Position numbers and translations under genes: made by a program. Positions 1 through 13,217 of a stretch of 64,000 bases of DNA are shown here, one piece after another. The notes beneath the pieces are model-generated. The model saw nothing but the letters and a program-made list of their open reading frames with translations. It was not told where the DNA came from and did no database searches. How positions within the stretch are numbered: the stretch's first letter is position 1; the number at the start of each line of letters is the position of its first letter. Location: NCBI RefSeq assembly GCF_009914755.1, contig NC_060938.1. One strand, written 5' to 3'. This DNA is from the human T2T-CHM13v2.0 reference genome, Homo sapiens.

Positions 1-596
1 TGTTTATCAAGTAAATATTTTGAGATAAGAGATTTAGCAATCTTCTTGGAATCCTGAGGGATGAGGAAAAAGTACAAGTCATAGATCCCAATAAGATATA
101 GTTTTTACCCACAAAATGTTTTCAATATATTCAATGAACAATTCATATGTAGAACGAAGTATTCCCCCATGAATGAATAGCATAGCAGAGTAGATTATAC
201 TGTGTGCACAAAAGTACTATCTTTGTAGTTTACATATATGCTTGTACACACTATCAGTTAATTTTAAAACTTCATCTTTTGAATATGGTAAATTTCAAGA
301 TTCTTATGCAATCAGTGGGAGGCTTGTGATCTCAATCTTCTATATAAGTCTCTGTCTTTTTATTTTGTCTCTTACATCCTAATTTTTATCATATCATTGC
401 CTATATTTAGAATAACCTTACAATCAGTCCTCACCTTTTGAAATCTCACCTATCACTGAAGGTGGAGTTTAAATGTGCTCTCCTTCCAGAAAGAAGTCTT
501 CTTCATGAATATGTACAGAAACAATTACAAATCACTGATTTCAGATTAGTTCTTGTTTCTATAACCCTATGAGCTCTATACCTTGCATTAGCTTTA

Positions 597-1660
597 ACTT
601 TTAACAAGTATGTACTGAGTTATCACATGTATTAGGTACTAGAAATAGAAAGATGAAAACAAAATTGTTGTGCCTGCCCCTAAGTAAGTCAGTCTACATA
701 GGGAACTATATATACTTGCAAATAAAATGTAATGTGATAAGCTCAGTAATTTCAGGAACAGATGAAACAGAAAAGAAGGAATGAGCAGTTATATGTGGAG
801 TATAGAAAAACCTTCACAGAGAAAATAATAGAAGCTGGAATACAAGGGGGAAGGCATTTCAGACAGAAGCCTCTGTATCTGACAGAGGATTTTGAGGCAT
901 GAAATAATATGTTTTTGCAAAGCAATGAATAACTTGAATCGTTGGTTGAATATACAGCACACATGAGTGTGGGGAATGGGCAGAGGGAATGATGGGAGGT
1001 GAGACTGAACAGGTATGCAACACCCAGTTTGTAATGAATTTTACACGGTATGCTAAATATCTGTGAATTCATTTTTAAGTAGTAAAGTCCTATTGAGAGG
1101 GTTTATGCATGAAGAAACACAATCAGATTTATACTTGGACAAGATTAGTCTGTCACCACTGTGAATGATTTATGAAAGAGTGGAAGAGGGAGGAGATACC
1201 AGAGGCAGCTACTACCGATAAACCAGGTGTGATGATAAAGTTGTGAGTCTGTAGCATCTGAGAGGGAAAGGAGGGCACACTTAGATGATATTCAGAAGGA
1301 AAACCCAGGAAGACTTTCTGAGTTATTAACAGAGATGTATAAGGAAATGGGAGTTTTCTTTTTTAGGTACTATTCAGAGTGAGTGTTACAGAAAGGAGAA
1401 TCAGTTTTATTGGATTTATTCAAGTTTGGTATGTAGAAATAGAAAATGAGAGAGGCGGATTAAATGTATGAGACTGCAGCTCAGAAGAGTACCAAAATAA
1501 GAGTTGAAGGTCTTAAAAAAAAAACCTCACGTCATCATCCATATGGTAGCTGGAATCATGGGGTTGCTTAAGACTGCTCAGAATAAGAATATGCAGTGAG
1601 AAGGTCTCTTAAAGCCCTAAGTGCTACCAAATTTAGTGTGGGAACTGAAGAAGTGAATCC
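597..1660 (-). mobile_element. Degenerate L2 LINE 3' region
   Basis: Starts with the antisense L2 tail pattern (ttaacaagtatgtactgagt...taggtactagaaatagaaagatgaa) followed by purine-rich L2 body; boundaries approximate. Confidence 0.6.
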
Positions 1661-2129
1661 ATGAATGTAGCCTGAAAAGAATAGTCAAAGATATAGATGA
1701 AAAACAAAGTGTTGACATAAAAAACACGATTCTGGGAATATCTTAGCACTCTGTCCCTAGAAAATTCTGTCAGTATTCTCATTGGGTTTAACATCCACTT
1801 AGGCGATTCTTTCATTTCCTGGCTTCTCAGTTCCTTGAGGGCCATTACATATGATATTTTTTAAATTTGGCTTACAGTCAGAGGCTTATCCAATTAATTT
1901 ACTATGTTAAACCAGTATTTAACAAATAAAAGAAGAAAGAATACAGCAGGAATGGATTTTAAAAACCATCAGGGTGTATTGTGTGAAATGGGTATTATGG
2001 CATTCCTGGGAATGTGAAGCTCTCTTGTCCATTCATATAGCAAGCACCTATAATCCCACACTTTTTGAATTCCTGAAGCACTTTCTTCTTTGCATCTTCC
2101 ATAGGACATTTATAAATTCTGTAGTCCTT

Positions 2130-2266
2130 CTAGTAGAATAGAAAATCCTTGGGAAAAAGGAATCTTTTATGTGTGATTCTTCATTATATCCCCAGAATCC
2201 GGAACAGTTCCTGGTAATAATTAGACAAAAAGAAAAAAAAAAGTTGAATAAGTAAAATAAATGAAC
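2130..2266 (+). mobile_element. L2 3'-end fragment
   Basis: tatatccccagaatccggaacagttcctgg...gttgaataagtaaaataaatgaa resembles the L2 terminus. Confidence 0.5.
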
Positions 2267-3387
2267 ACATTCTTCCCTGTATCATATAATTTTATTATTA
2301 GTAGAGTGCACTTATTGCTGTGGATAGATCTTAGAATTATGATTAATTAAAATAAATTTAGCTATTATTTATGTGTTCAATAGTTTTCCTACCAAAAATA
2401 TCAACTATCTTGAGAAAAGTGGGAGCATCAAGCTTAATTTTTTTTACAGCCACTAAAATATTTATTGATACTTATAGCCACTGTATAATTCATCACAGAT
2501 GAGATGGAATCATGCTTGTTAAAAATAAGAATTAAAACATTTTTTCTTAATCAGAATATACTTTGTAACATGAAATTACTGAGGCTTTTCATTTGTGTTC
2601 TAATAATGTTACTATTTCTGCATTTCTCTTTCTTTATAGAATACTTTTTCCTAACTTATTTTTGCTACCAACTTTTAAAATTTGAGAGCAGATGGCTTTG
2701 CTACAACAGCAATAACTTATAAAAAATGGTGTATGCATGACCATATGAACACAGTTTTGATTATATAATCAAAGGAAACATATAAACTGAAGTGGCACAT
2801 ATATAACTGTATGTCTAATTATTTTACTGCATTGAAATTATTCATAAATAAAAGTAGTACACACAAGAACATAATATTGCATTTATACAACCAAACCAAT
2901 TATGAAATGGTTTATTTTTCTTTTGTTACTTCCCCAATATCCGTAATTACCATCAGTTTCAAAAACATTGCTTTACCATATGGGATATAAGCACAAATGC
3001 ACACAAATAAACACAGTCACACACTTAGTGATACTCGAGAACTAGCAATAAGTCTGAGCAGAAATCCACTAAGAAGATTGTAAGCTTGGTTTCTGATTCC
3101 AAGGCATCGAGGTATCATGGGACCAAAAGAAGTATGAAACTATAAGCCCCCTTAACCCTTGTGTTTCACTCCATTCCACCTAAAATAATTTTGATTCAGT
3201 CTTGTTCACAATCAAAAGAAGATCTATTGGCCTCAGTAGTGTCTTATGAGAACTCCAGAGAGACAACAACTATGTTGTGACTATATGCTCTTTGAAAATT
3301 CTGTGCTTGCTACTACCCTTCTCAGAAAAAGTAGGAAAAGAAAAAAAAAGTTGCTGAATATCTACTTTTAAATCTATGCAAACTTTT

Positions 3388-3685
3388 ATTTATTTATTTA
3401 TTTTTGAGATGGAGTCTTGCTCCATCGCCCAGGCTGGAGTGCAGTGGCACGATCTTGGCTCACCGCAAGCTCCGCCTCCCGGGTTCAAGGGTTCTCCTGC
3501 CTTAGCCTCCCAAGTAGCTGGGACTACAGGCACCCGCCACCACTCCCGGCTAATTTTTTGTATTTTTAGTAGAGACGGGGTTTCACCGTGTTAGCCAGCA
3601 TGGTCTCAATCTCCTGACCTCGTGATCCGCCCGCCTCGGCCTCCCAAAGTGCTGGGATTACAGGCGTGAGGCATTGCGCTTGGAC
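3388..3685 (-). mobile_element. Full-length Alu (AluY/AluSc-like)
   Basis: Both monomers and a (TTTA)n tail; perfect 14-bp TSD CTATGCAAACTTTT at 3374-3387 and 3686-3699. Confidence 0.97.
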
Positions 3686-5359
3686 CTATGCAAACTTTTT
3701 AAACATTAAATTAAGATTCTTTGTTCAGTGTTAACTGAACATAAAAGAATACATTTCCTGAAATGTTAAACTGTGAAAATATTTTGATTTAATATCCCAG
3801 AAATGCCACCTTTAGTTCTGTAGCATGTCGTGATCACAAGTTATAAAGCTTGTATATTACAGGAAATTGAGTTTTCAGATAATCTACATAAAGTGTTTTT
3901 CTAAATAGGAAATTCAGATTATTCATGTAGCTTGTAAATAAAATCATGATCCTAAAGGAACCCACCACTATGTAAATTAATGGATGTCCCAGTGTCAACT
4001 CCCTAGTATGGTGTGCAGGACAACACAGTGTTTACCCATAATGAGGATTCTCTTGTTGGACGGAAAGTACCAAATACTTTGAATATGTTAGAAACACTCT
4101 TTCAAGTACTTGGCAAAGAGAAAGCTGAATGCAGGCATAAGGTAGAACAGATCATTTCACAGAAAAAGTTAAATTACAAACTATACCTAAGTCTTTATTT
4201 AGCTTATTAATTTTAACCCCACAGTTATCTCTTTTTATTTCTTTTTTAAATTAATATCTGGAATAAAAAGAAAAAGCATCCAGTCTATTTTAATCTTAAA
4301 CATTTCCATTTTCTGCTCATGTATTTAATTTTCTTATTTTGATTTTTCTCTTTTCTTTTACTTTATTTTTTCCCTTTTGTTTTCCACATCTAAAGAATGT
4401 AGTGTACAGGTGAGATGTATTCTTGCTGTAAGAATAAGAAACAGATTATAATTATGCCTGTTTTTAACTAGAGTCCAAAATCATGTTCTACAATCTACAT
4501 TTTTCTCTTAGAGGAGGCTGGGTTTGAATTGGATTTTCTGTCTTTATATTTTTACATTGTGTTATAGTGAGAATTAAGAGAAGTGCTATCTATTGAACAG
4601 ACAGAGGTCCATAGATTTGGGTATATCTTGTATCATTATGATATTCCAAGGTCTGGTTCTAAGCTTCTCAGTCTCTGGAACCCTGCTGTATCAGAGCACT
4701 TCAAGTTTATTAATAGCTCTGGAACTGATTACTCAACTCACAAAAGTCTGATGTACAAATTGCCAACTTGTAAGTTAGAACTAAAACTGTGAAAGGGAGC
4801 CAAATATTCTCTCCCTAAAAGGAAATGGTCATTGGCTGCCAAAATTTCATCAGAAATGTACTGAGGAGCATGGCATTGCAGCAAGAGGAGACAGCTGGAT
4901 TATATGAGAAGCTGCTCAGTTTGACAACCTGATGTATCCTTCTCCTGGGTAAGAGTATACATGCCAAGTTAATACAAATATTGCTGCCAAAAGGTCAGAT
5001 ACCCTCTTCTAATCCATGTAAAAGGCACATCAATAACGTATCACTTGTAGATTTTCACCTGTCTAGACTTTAGAGAAACTATATGCATTTTGTTAACAAT
5101 CTTTCTTTAACCTGAGAACATAAGAGGTTTATATTTTGATGTAATTGCAATCATATTCCCATCTAGGTTCCTGAGTCTGTATTTTTATGAGACCAGGTGG
5201 ACTTTGGCATTCCCAAACCTTCTTTACTTCTCCCCCACTATCGTTTACAACGGCTTCTATGGTTTAACCATATCCATCTGTGTGAATTTTACTTCTACTG
5301 CTGCTAATGGTACCACTACTTCTATTGCGATTCTTATTACCACAATTTCTAACGGCGAA

Positions 5360-5540
5360 GACATACCGAGCATAAACCAATATCAGCTCTCATTTAATCT
5401 CCAAAACACAACTAGGGGGTAGGTATAATAATTATTATAGTATCATTTTACAAGTAAGGAAACTAAGGTTTAGAGAAGTCCAAACAGAAAGTGGTAAAGC
5501 TGAGATTTGAACTCAGATACATGTCTTCGATCTGGATTCT
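5360..5540 (-). mobile_element. MIR SINE fragment
   Basis: Core cattttacaagtaaggaaactaaggtttagaga...gatttgaactcag. Confidence 0.7.
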
Positions 5541-6344
5541 TATTCAGAGTAATTTTGCTGTTAATTTAGGGTGGCACTCTTTAACATCCAGAGACTTGTA
5601 AATGTCATTAAGCCATTGCTGAGATCTTTTTTTTCTTTTTAAAGAAAACTAGAAAAATTGAGTGGAATCCAAAAGTTGCTTTGGAACATAGATTTTTCTA
5701 GATAAAATATTATGAAGTAGGGAGCAACAGTAATTTATGTAGCTTTAAATCCACGAGGGTACAGTGACCCTGGTGAAATTGCTTGCCATGTTAGACTTGT
5801 CATACATATTCTGTGAGAATATTTATAGAGTATGGTAAGAGTCTGTGGAGCTTAGCAAAGCATAAAGCAGCAAAGACAAGGTGTTTGCCCTGAAGAGTTG
5901 GTGATTCAATTTAGATGTAGACAGAATACTAGATACCTATAAAATACAAATAGAGAGTTGGTTGATTGACTTATAACCTCAGTCATGGTACCATAAATCA
6001 GATGGTTACACTCTAAACATCTAATGAGCTGCTGGGTAGATCAGCAAGACCATGTCTGGCTACTATGACAGCTGTGGGTGGGTTTATTTTGAAATAACAT
6101 GGGAAGTGGCCAAAAATTCAGGGAAAAATATAATATACAACGGTCAACATGGCATGCCATACAATACAACATTCTGAAAAGGACAACTATACAAAGTCAT
6201 ATTCAAAGGAGACTTTTTTATTGTTATTCAGTGGGGCAACCTCATTTTTCTACTCCAGAAGGGAGTAGAAAAGAAATTATAATGCAGATTTTTAAAATCA
6301 GAATTTATCTGAATTTTATCAGTTAACTTATCTTTTACTTAAAT

Positions 6345-6653
6345 AACTATCCCTTGATATTCACCACACCCTTACCCCATGAATACCAAAATCAACAGAT
6401 GCTCAAGTCCATTTTATATAAAATGATGTAATATCTGCATAGAACCTATGCACATGCTCCAGTTTACTTTAAATCATCTCTAGATTCCTTATAATACCAA
6501 AAACAATGGAAATATTATGCACAGTTTTGTTATATGGTTTTGTTTTTATTTGTCTTGTTTTTTATTGTTGTATTATTAATTTTAAAAAATATTTTTGATC
6601 TATGATATGTTGAATGCCCATAAGTGGAGCCCATGAATATTGAGGAACAGCTG
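6345..6653 (+). mobile_element. MER2-like TcMar-Tigger MITE
   Basis: ataccaaaatcaacagatgctcaagtcc...ctttaaatcatctctagattccttataatacc matches recalled MER2 consensus. Confidence 0.8.
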
Positions 6654-7536
6654 CATGCTAATGGTATAATTATTCAAAAAAGCCAAATAAAGTAGAAGAA
6701 TATGGGCATCAGTCACAAAATTTCAGTGTCTGTGCAGTAGATAGAGCTGTGGAATGAAGGATCGTGATACTGGGTGCTCCTTGAGGCTACTTTGTGTTCA
6801 CATTGTTCACTACCAACCGCCAATACCCCTGGCACACATACAGGCATACACATGTAGATTTAAACATAAAAAACCCTGCCTGCCCACTTTTTTTTTTTTT
6901 TTTTTTGGTTAAGATTTGGGGAAAAAAATGACCATATGTCTTATTTCCTTCTACGCTTCCTCTTTTGGGGCAACATGCCTGGTAAGCCCAAAAGCATTTC
7001 TGTCCTTTTTGTTCCTTCATGTAGTAAGCTTGTAAGTCAGCCTTCACTCTAGTGAAAAGTGGGTATGGGGCAGCCAATAATTCTAAACAGCCAATTTTAA
7101 ATCAGTGAAAGCATCAGAAAGTCTGCTTGTGGCCAAATATTAATTTCTACCAGCTAGCCCAGCTTCATCAGTAATAAAACTGCCATTTTCTCTCCATCTG
7201 TCTGACTTTATGTTTTGCTCTCAGTTGATTTAAAACTTGAAAAGAAAGAGAAAGAGTGTGATTAAATTCCAATATACATAATAAGTGAGTATTGAATAAA
7301 TGGTTCAGGTAAATTAGCAATACGAAATTGAAAAGCTAATTAGGTTATATATGAGTTTGTGGATGTCTTTGTTTTAAATTATGTATTGTTGGTCCCCTTG
7401 AAGTCAAGATCTATATTACAGTCATCTTAGTAACAATTAGCACTTAATAGTTACAGGCATATAGTAGGTGTTAACTATACTTAGTATTAAATAGACTTGC
7501 TTATTTTTAGTTCTAAATTATACATGTAATCATATA

Positions 7537-8637
7537 TTAGGCTGGTGCAAAAGTAATTGCAGTTTTTGTTGAAATTTGCTATTTGATACTGGAATACATT
7601 CTTAAATAAATGTGGTCATATTATACATCATTTTAATGCACATTTCTTGCTTTATGTTTATGTTTTGCTAAGGACTTATTACTTGCTACTTATTTTAGAC
7701 TATGGAAATGATATTAGGCAAAAAGCAAATTTAAGCAATTTTCTTACTCGAGTTCAAAATGGGTCATAAAGCAATGGAGACAACTCACAACATCAACAGC
7801 TCATTTGGCCAAGGAATTGCTAATGAATGTACTGTGCAGTGGTGTTTCAGGAAGTTTTGCAAAGGAGACAAGAGCCTTGAAGATGAGCGTAGTGACTGGC
7901 CATCAGAAGTTGACAACGACCAGTTGACAGCTGATCCTCTTACAACTGAAGTTGCCAAAGAAGTCAGCGTCAACCATTCTATTGTTGTTTGGCATTTGAA
8001 GCAAATTGGAATGGTGAGAAAGCTCAAAAAATGGGTGCTTCATGAACTGACTGAAAATTTTTAAAAAATCGCCATTTTGAAGTGTTGACTTCTCTTATTC
8101 TACACAACGACAATGAACCATTTCTTGATTGGATTGTGATGTGCAATGAAAAGTGGATTTTATACAGCAACTGGAGATGACCTTCTCAGTGGTTGGACAG
8201 AGAAGAAGCTCCGAAGGCCAGACTTGCACCAAAAAAAGGTAGTGGTCAGTGTTTGGTGGTCTGCTGCTGGTCTGATCCACTATAACTTTCTAAATCCTGG
8301 TGAAACCATTACATCTGAGAAGTATGTTCAGCAAATCAAGGAGATGTACCAAAAACTGCATCATCTGCCACCACCATTGGTCAACAGAAAGGGTCCAGTT
8401 CTTCTCCATGACAACACCCCACTGCACATTGCACAACCAACACTTAAAAGTTGAATGAATTGGGTTATGAAGTTTTGTTTGATCTGCCATACTCGCCTCA
8501 CCTCTCACCAACTGACTACCACTTCTTCAAATATCTCAACAACTTTTTGCAGGGAAAATGCTTCCACAACCAGCAGGATGCAGAAAATACTTTCCTAGAG
8601 TTCATCAAATCCCAAAGCATTAATTTTTACTTTACAG
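7537..8637 (+). mobile_element. Hsmar1 mariner DNA transposon, 3'-truncated
   Basis: TA followed by left TIR TTAGGCTGGTGCAAAAGTAATTGCAG at 7537; internal transposase homology; no right TIR. Confidence 0.97.
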
Positions 8638-8640
8638 AGT
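7702..8640 (+). pseudogene. Inactivated Hsmar1 transposase (homologous to the SETMAR MAR domain; not SETMAR itself)
   Basis: ATG at 7702 reads MEMILGKKQI*. Three frameshifted ORF pieces carry WVLHEL (for WVPHEL), HDN and YSPHLSPTDYH (for YSPDL..D). The first catalytic Asp reads CNEKW (D to N). Confidence 0.95.
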
Positions 8641-8789
8641 GATATTAAAAAATACTTCACAGAGTGATATTAAAAACAACTTTACAGTATATTATATTCT
8701 AAACATTCTGTGGGATCACTATTTAACATGTTGCCATGGAAATACAAAAAGTTATCTACTTGAAATATCAGCATATAAACTTTATAACT

Positions 8790-11460
8790 AGGGCCTGAGA
8801 GAAGACACTGTATTAAAAACACGTTGTAGAAGATTGAATCTTGGAATAGAGATGTGAAGAGTGCAGCAGACCATTTCCCCAGCAAACAACCATGTAAATG
8901 AAGAACATTATATATGTGAAAAAAATCTGTAAATTATCCTTAGGGATTATAGATAATGGAAGAATATTCATTCAGAAAACCTACTAAACTTCATTGAGAA
9001 CAGTGAACGTTAATGTAGCCTAACTGTCATTGCTCTCCTACCCCCAGCTCTGTCTCAATGAAACTACTCTGGGAGTTGTAACCTTAGTGAGTGCTGTCAT
9101 AAGACAAGGATTCTGTCTCCCCCTACCTTCCAGTTTAGAACTACTTCACCTCAGAAGGGACAGGTCACAAGTGTTTGTCATTGCCTCCAGCCCCAAGATA
9201 CAGATCTACTATGCCAGGCAGGCACGGTGGAGATGTCTGTGGTTACCTTCCTTTACCCAAAACCAACTTCTAGGGCAAAATCCCTATTCTAGGCTGGCAG
9301 GCTGAGAATACTAGGCCCTAATTAACCACCAAAGCTGGCTCTGTGAGCAGAGTTTCACAATAGGAGAGGCAAGTCAAAAAGACTAAGGGGTCACCTAGCA
9401 CCATCTTTTAAAGCAGAAGTGGCACTCTGGGAGAAGTCCTTCCAGTTCCTATGCAGTGGTGCAGAGATCCTACCCATAAGGAAAGACAGGAGAGAGAAGC
9501 AAACCTTGAAAAGAGCTCCTTATCTCCACCTGAAGGAACTGACTTGATTTAGCAGAGAGGGTATAAACTTCCATTGCAAAGGATAAAGTGAAAAAACGAT
9601 GGAGATTTTTGTGGAAAGCAACTAAGAGAGTATACATATAACTCCATGATGTAAACAGCAAAAAGTAAAATTGCAGAGCAATAAGAAGTTTAACAAAGAG
9701 AACCAGGGAAAGAGATAGCCAAGAAGAGTCTTTCTGGGATCACAGTCAACTCTGGCAGTTGGGAAGGCTGTGCATATGTGCTAGAATGCAATCATTCAGG
9801 AGTTATCAGAGTAGAACATGGAAAAGACCTGAAAACATTTCCAAAGTCACACACAGAGCCATCAAGAGTGAGTCTTACTGGCATGAGGACTTAAACATAA
9901 TCTCTGTCCAACTACTAGCTGAATAATAATTTATTCTGACTCAGAGGCGATTTCTATTTAATACCGCCTTAAAAATAAAGTTACATATTCCGAGAATGTG
10001 GAAGACCCTGTGCATGCCCAATAGTTGGGCCTTTCAGGAGTGAACAAAGAGTGTAGGTTCAAGCTCTGAATGTGAGTGAAAAAATGTAAGCTTGTTGAAG
10101 GGTGATAGCAGCCTCCAAGCCACACACCCATTCAGTGGTAAATAAGAGGGCTTAAGCACAATCTTTAACCAATAAGAGGTGTATTTCAATACAGCGACAT
10201 ACCATAGGTATCCTAGATAAAAAAATTAAAAAACAATCTTTTTAGAGATATCAAAGACTGCACATTGCAAGAGTTATAGACTTCAGAGTCAGTCCAGCCA
10301 AGTCACCAGCCAAATAAACAATCAAGCAAACAACATCACATCTCCCAGGGATAAATAAAATTGGTATCCAGAGTTGCTAAGATATATTATCCAAAAATAT
10401 ACAGTTTAAAAAACGATGGAACATGCCAAGAAGCAAGAAAATGCGCCCCCTACACTAGGGGCATGGGAGAAGGCAGGCAATAAAATTTATTTTTTGAAGG
10501 GCCTAGGCATTGGATTGGGAGAAAAACTTTAAAGTAGCCAGTATAAATATTTTCATAGTACAGGAGACCCCATATGAATAATTATTTGAAACTAAGATAA
10601 TATGTCATCAAATAGAAAATATCAATTAAGATATGTTGTATTAAAAAGGAATAAACATGATTTTAGCATGCACAATAAATGAAATTAAAAATGCGCTAGA
10701 GAAGCTAGCTCAACAATAGGTTTTTGCTGGCCTAAGAAATAGAGAGCTTGAAAATAGATCAATAAAGGTTATTCAATCAGAACACAGAGAGAAAAGAAAA
10801 ACAAAGGCAAATGAACAGGGCCTCAAAGAAATGTAGATTATCATTTAGTGAACCAACATATGCATAATTAAAATGCCAGACAGTGATGAGAGAGAAAGAA
10901 AAGTGAAGATAAAATAGTAAAAGAGAACATTGTATAATATTTTAAAATTTATTGGAAACATCCCTGTATACCTACAAGGACCTCAAGAAATTCCAAGAAA
11001 GATAAACTCAGAGAGATTTGAATACAGACAGCATAGTAAATGTCTTTGTTGAAAGAAGATGAAGAAGAAACTGAAAAGAGCAAAGGAAAAATAACTTATC
11101 ATGATACATAAGATTACTCAGCAAGATTAGTAGCTATTTTTTTATCAGAAATTATATATTCTAGAAAAAAAGGGAATAACACAGTCAAAGCAAATAAAGT
11201 ACTGAATAGATAAAAACCAACAAATACTGTTAACAAAAAATCTTATACCAAGCAAGAATTATCTTTCAAAAATAAAGTCAAAAGAAAGACATCCCTGGAT
11301 AAACACAAGCTGAATTTTTTGCTAGCAGTCCTGCCCTACAAGAAATACTAAAGAAAGTTTTCAGGCCAAATGCAGGTGACACCAGGGGAGAGTAACTGAA
11401 ATCCCCATGGGGGAAAAAAAATACTGGTTAAGATAATTATATAGGTAATTACAAAATTAA
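8790..11460 (+). mobile_element. Old L1 (L1MB/L1M4-like) 5'UTR and ORF1, 5' part of an interrupted element
   Basis: ORF1-like A-rich sequence (gagcttgaaaatagatcaata..., aatgaacagggcctcaaagaaatg); appears to continue at ~20460. Confidence 0.7.
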
Positions 11461-12770
11461 GTGTGAATATTGACACAGATGGAGCAAGATAGCTAAACAG
11501 AAGCCTCCACTGATCATCACCACTGCAAAACCACCAAATTTCAACAACTAACTACACACAAGAAAGCACCAACATAAGAACCAAAAATCAAGTGGTCAAT
11601 CACAGTACCTGGTATTGACTTCACATCGCTGAAAGACACACTGAAGGTAGAAAAGATAGTCTTGAATTGACGATGCCACCCCTCCTTCCTCCACTGGCAG
11701 TGGCCACGTGACAAGGAGAGAGAATCTGTGCACTTGTGGGAGGGAGCACAGCAAATGGGGACTTGGCATTAAACTCCAATTGCAGCCCTGTCACAGCAGA
11801 GAGCAAAGCTATGTTGGGTTCAGTTGGTGTCCCCCATGAAGGGAGCATTTGGACTTGCCTTAGCCAGAAGGGAATTACCCATCCAAGCAGTTGGAACTTG
11901 AGTTTCTTGGCAGGCCTCACCACTGTAGTCTAAAGAGCTCTGGGGTCCTAGGTAAACTTGAAAGGCTTTCTAGGACAAAGGGACTGCAGTTCCTAGGCAA
12001 GTCCTAGTGCTGGGCTGGGCTTACAGCTAGTGAACTAGGGTGCCATGTGACCCAGGGGACACCTGACAGGGCAGCTAAGGGATTGCTTGCACCACTCCTC
12101 CTCCAACCCCAGGCAACACAGCTCACAGCAAGGAAAGTGACTCCTTCCTTTTGTTTAAGGAGAGGAGAGCAAAGAGTAAAGAAGAAGAGGACTTTGTCTC
12201 GCATTTTGGATACCAGCTCAGCCACAATAGGATAGGGCACTGGGCAGAGTTGTGAGGTCTCCATTCTAGGCTCTTGCTCCCTGATGACATTTTTAGACAC
12301 ACTCTGGGCCAGAAAGGAACCTGCTGCCTTGAAGGGATGGACCTAGTCCTGGCAGGATTTCTTATCTGCTGACTAAAGGGCCCTTGACCCCTGAATAACC
12401 AACAGCAATATTGAGATAGTATGCTGTGGGGCTTAGGTGAGACTCTGAGGCATGCTGACTTCATATAGGACCCAGCACATTCCCAGCTGTGGTGGCCACT
12501 CCTGCTTGAGAAAAGCAGGGGAAAAAGTAAAGAGGACTTTGACTGACACCTTAGGTATCAACTTGGCCACAGTGGGGTGGAGCACTAAGTGGGTTCTTGG
12601 AGTCCCAATTCCTGTCCTGGGCTGTTGGGCAGCATTTCTAGATCTCCTAGGGCCAGAGGAGATATCACTTCCCTGAAGGGCAAGTCCCAGGCTAGACAGC
12701 ATTTACTACAAGCTGACTGAAGAGCCCCTGGGCTTTAAATGAACATTGGCAGTGGCCTGGCAGAACAACT

Positions 12771-13217
12771 TGTGATGGTTAACAATCAAGTGTCAACTTG
12801 ATTGGATTGAAGGATGCAAAATATTATTCCTGGGTGTGGCTATGTGGGTGTTGCCAAAGGAGATTAACATTTGAGTCAGTGGAATGGGAAAGGGAGGCCC
12901 ACCCTCAATCTGGATGGGCACAATCTAATCAGCTGCCAGTGTGGCCAGAATAAAAGAAGCAGAAGAATGTGAAAAGGCTAGACTGGCTTTGCCTCCAAGC
13001 CCACATCTTTCTCTTGTGTTGGATGTTTCCTGCCCTTGAACATCAGATTTCAAATTCTTCAGCTTTGGAACTCAGACTGGCTTTGTTTCTCCTCAGCTTG
13101 CAGACAGCCTATTGTGGGACCTTGTGATCATGTGAGTTAATACTCCTTAATACACTCCCCTTTATATATACATTTATCCTATTAGTTCTGTCCCTTTAGA
13201 GAACCCTGACTAACATA
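12771..13217 (+). mobile_element. MLT2A (HERV-L) solo LTR inside the L1MA 5'UTR
   Basis: TGTGATGGTTAA...GTGTCAACTTGATTGGATTGAAGGATGCAAA start and GAGAACCCTGACTAACATA end. Confidence 0.92.

Noticed and set aside
7702-8640. SETMAR gene or an active transposase
   Set aside because: No SET-domain exons, early stop, frameshifts, mutated catalytic Asp and missing C-terminus
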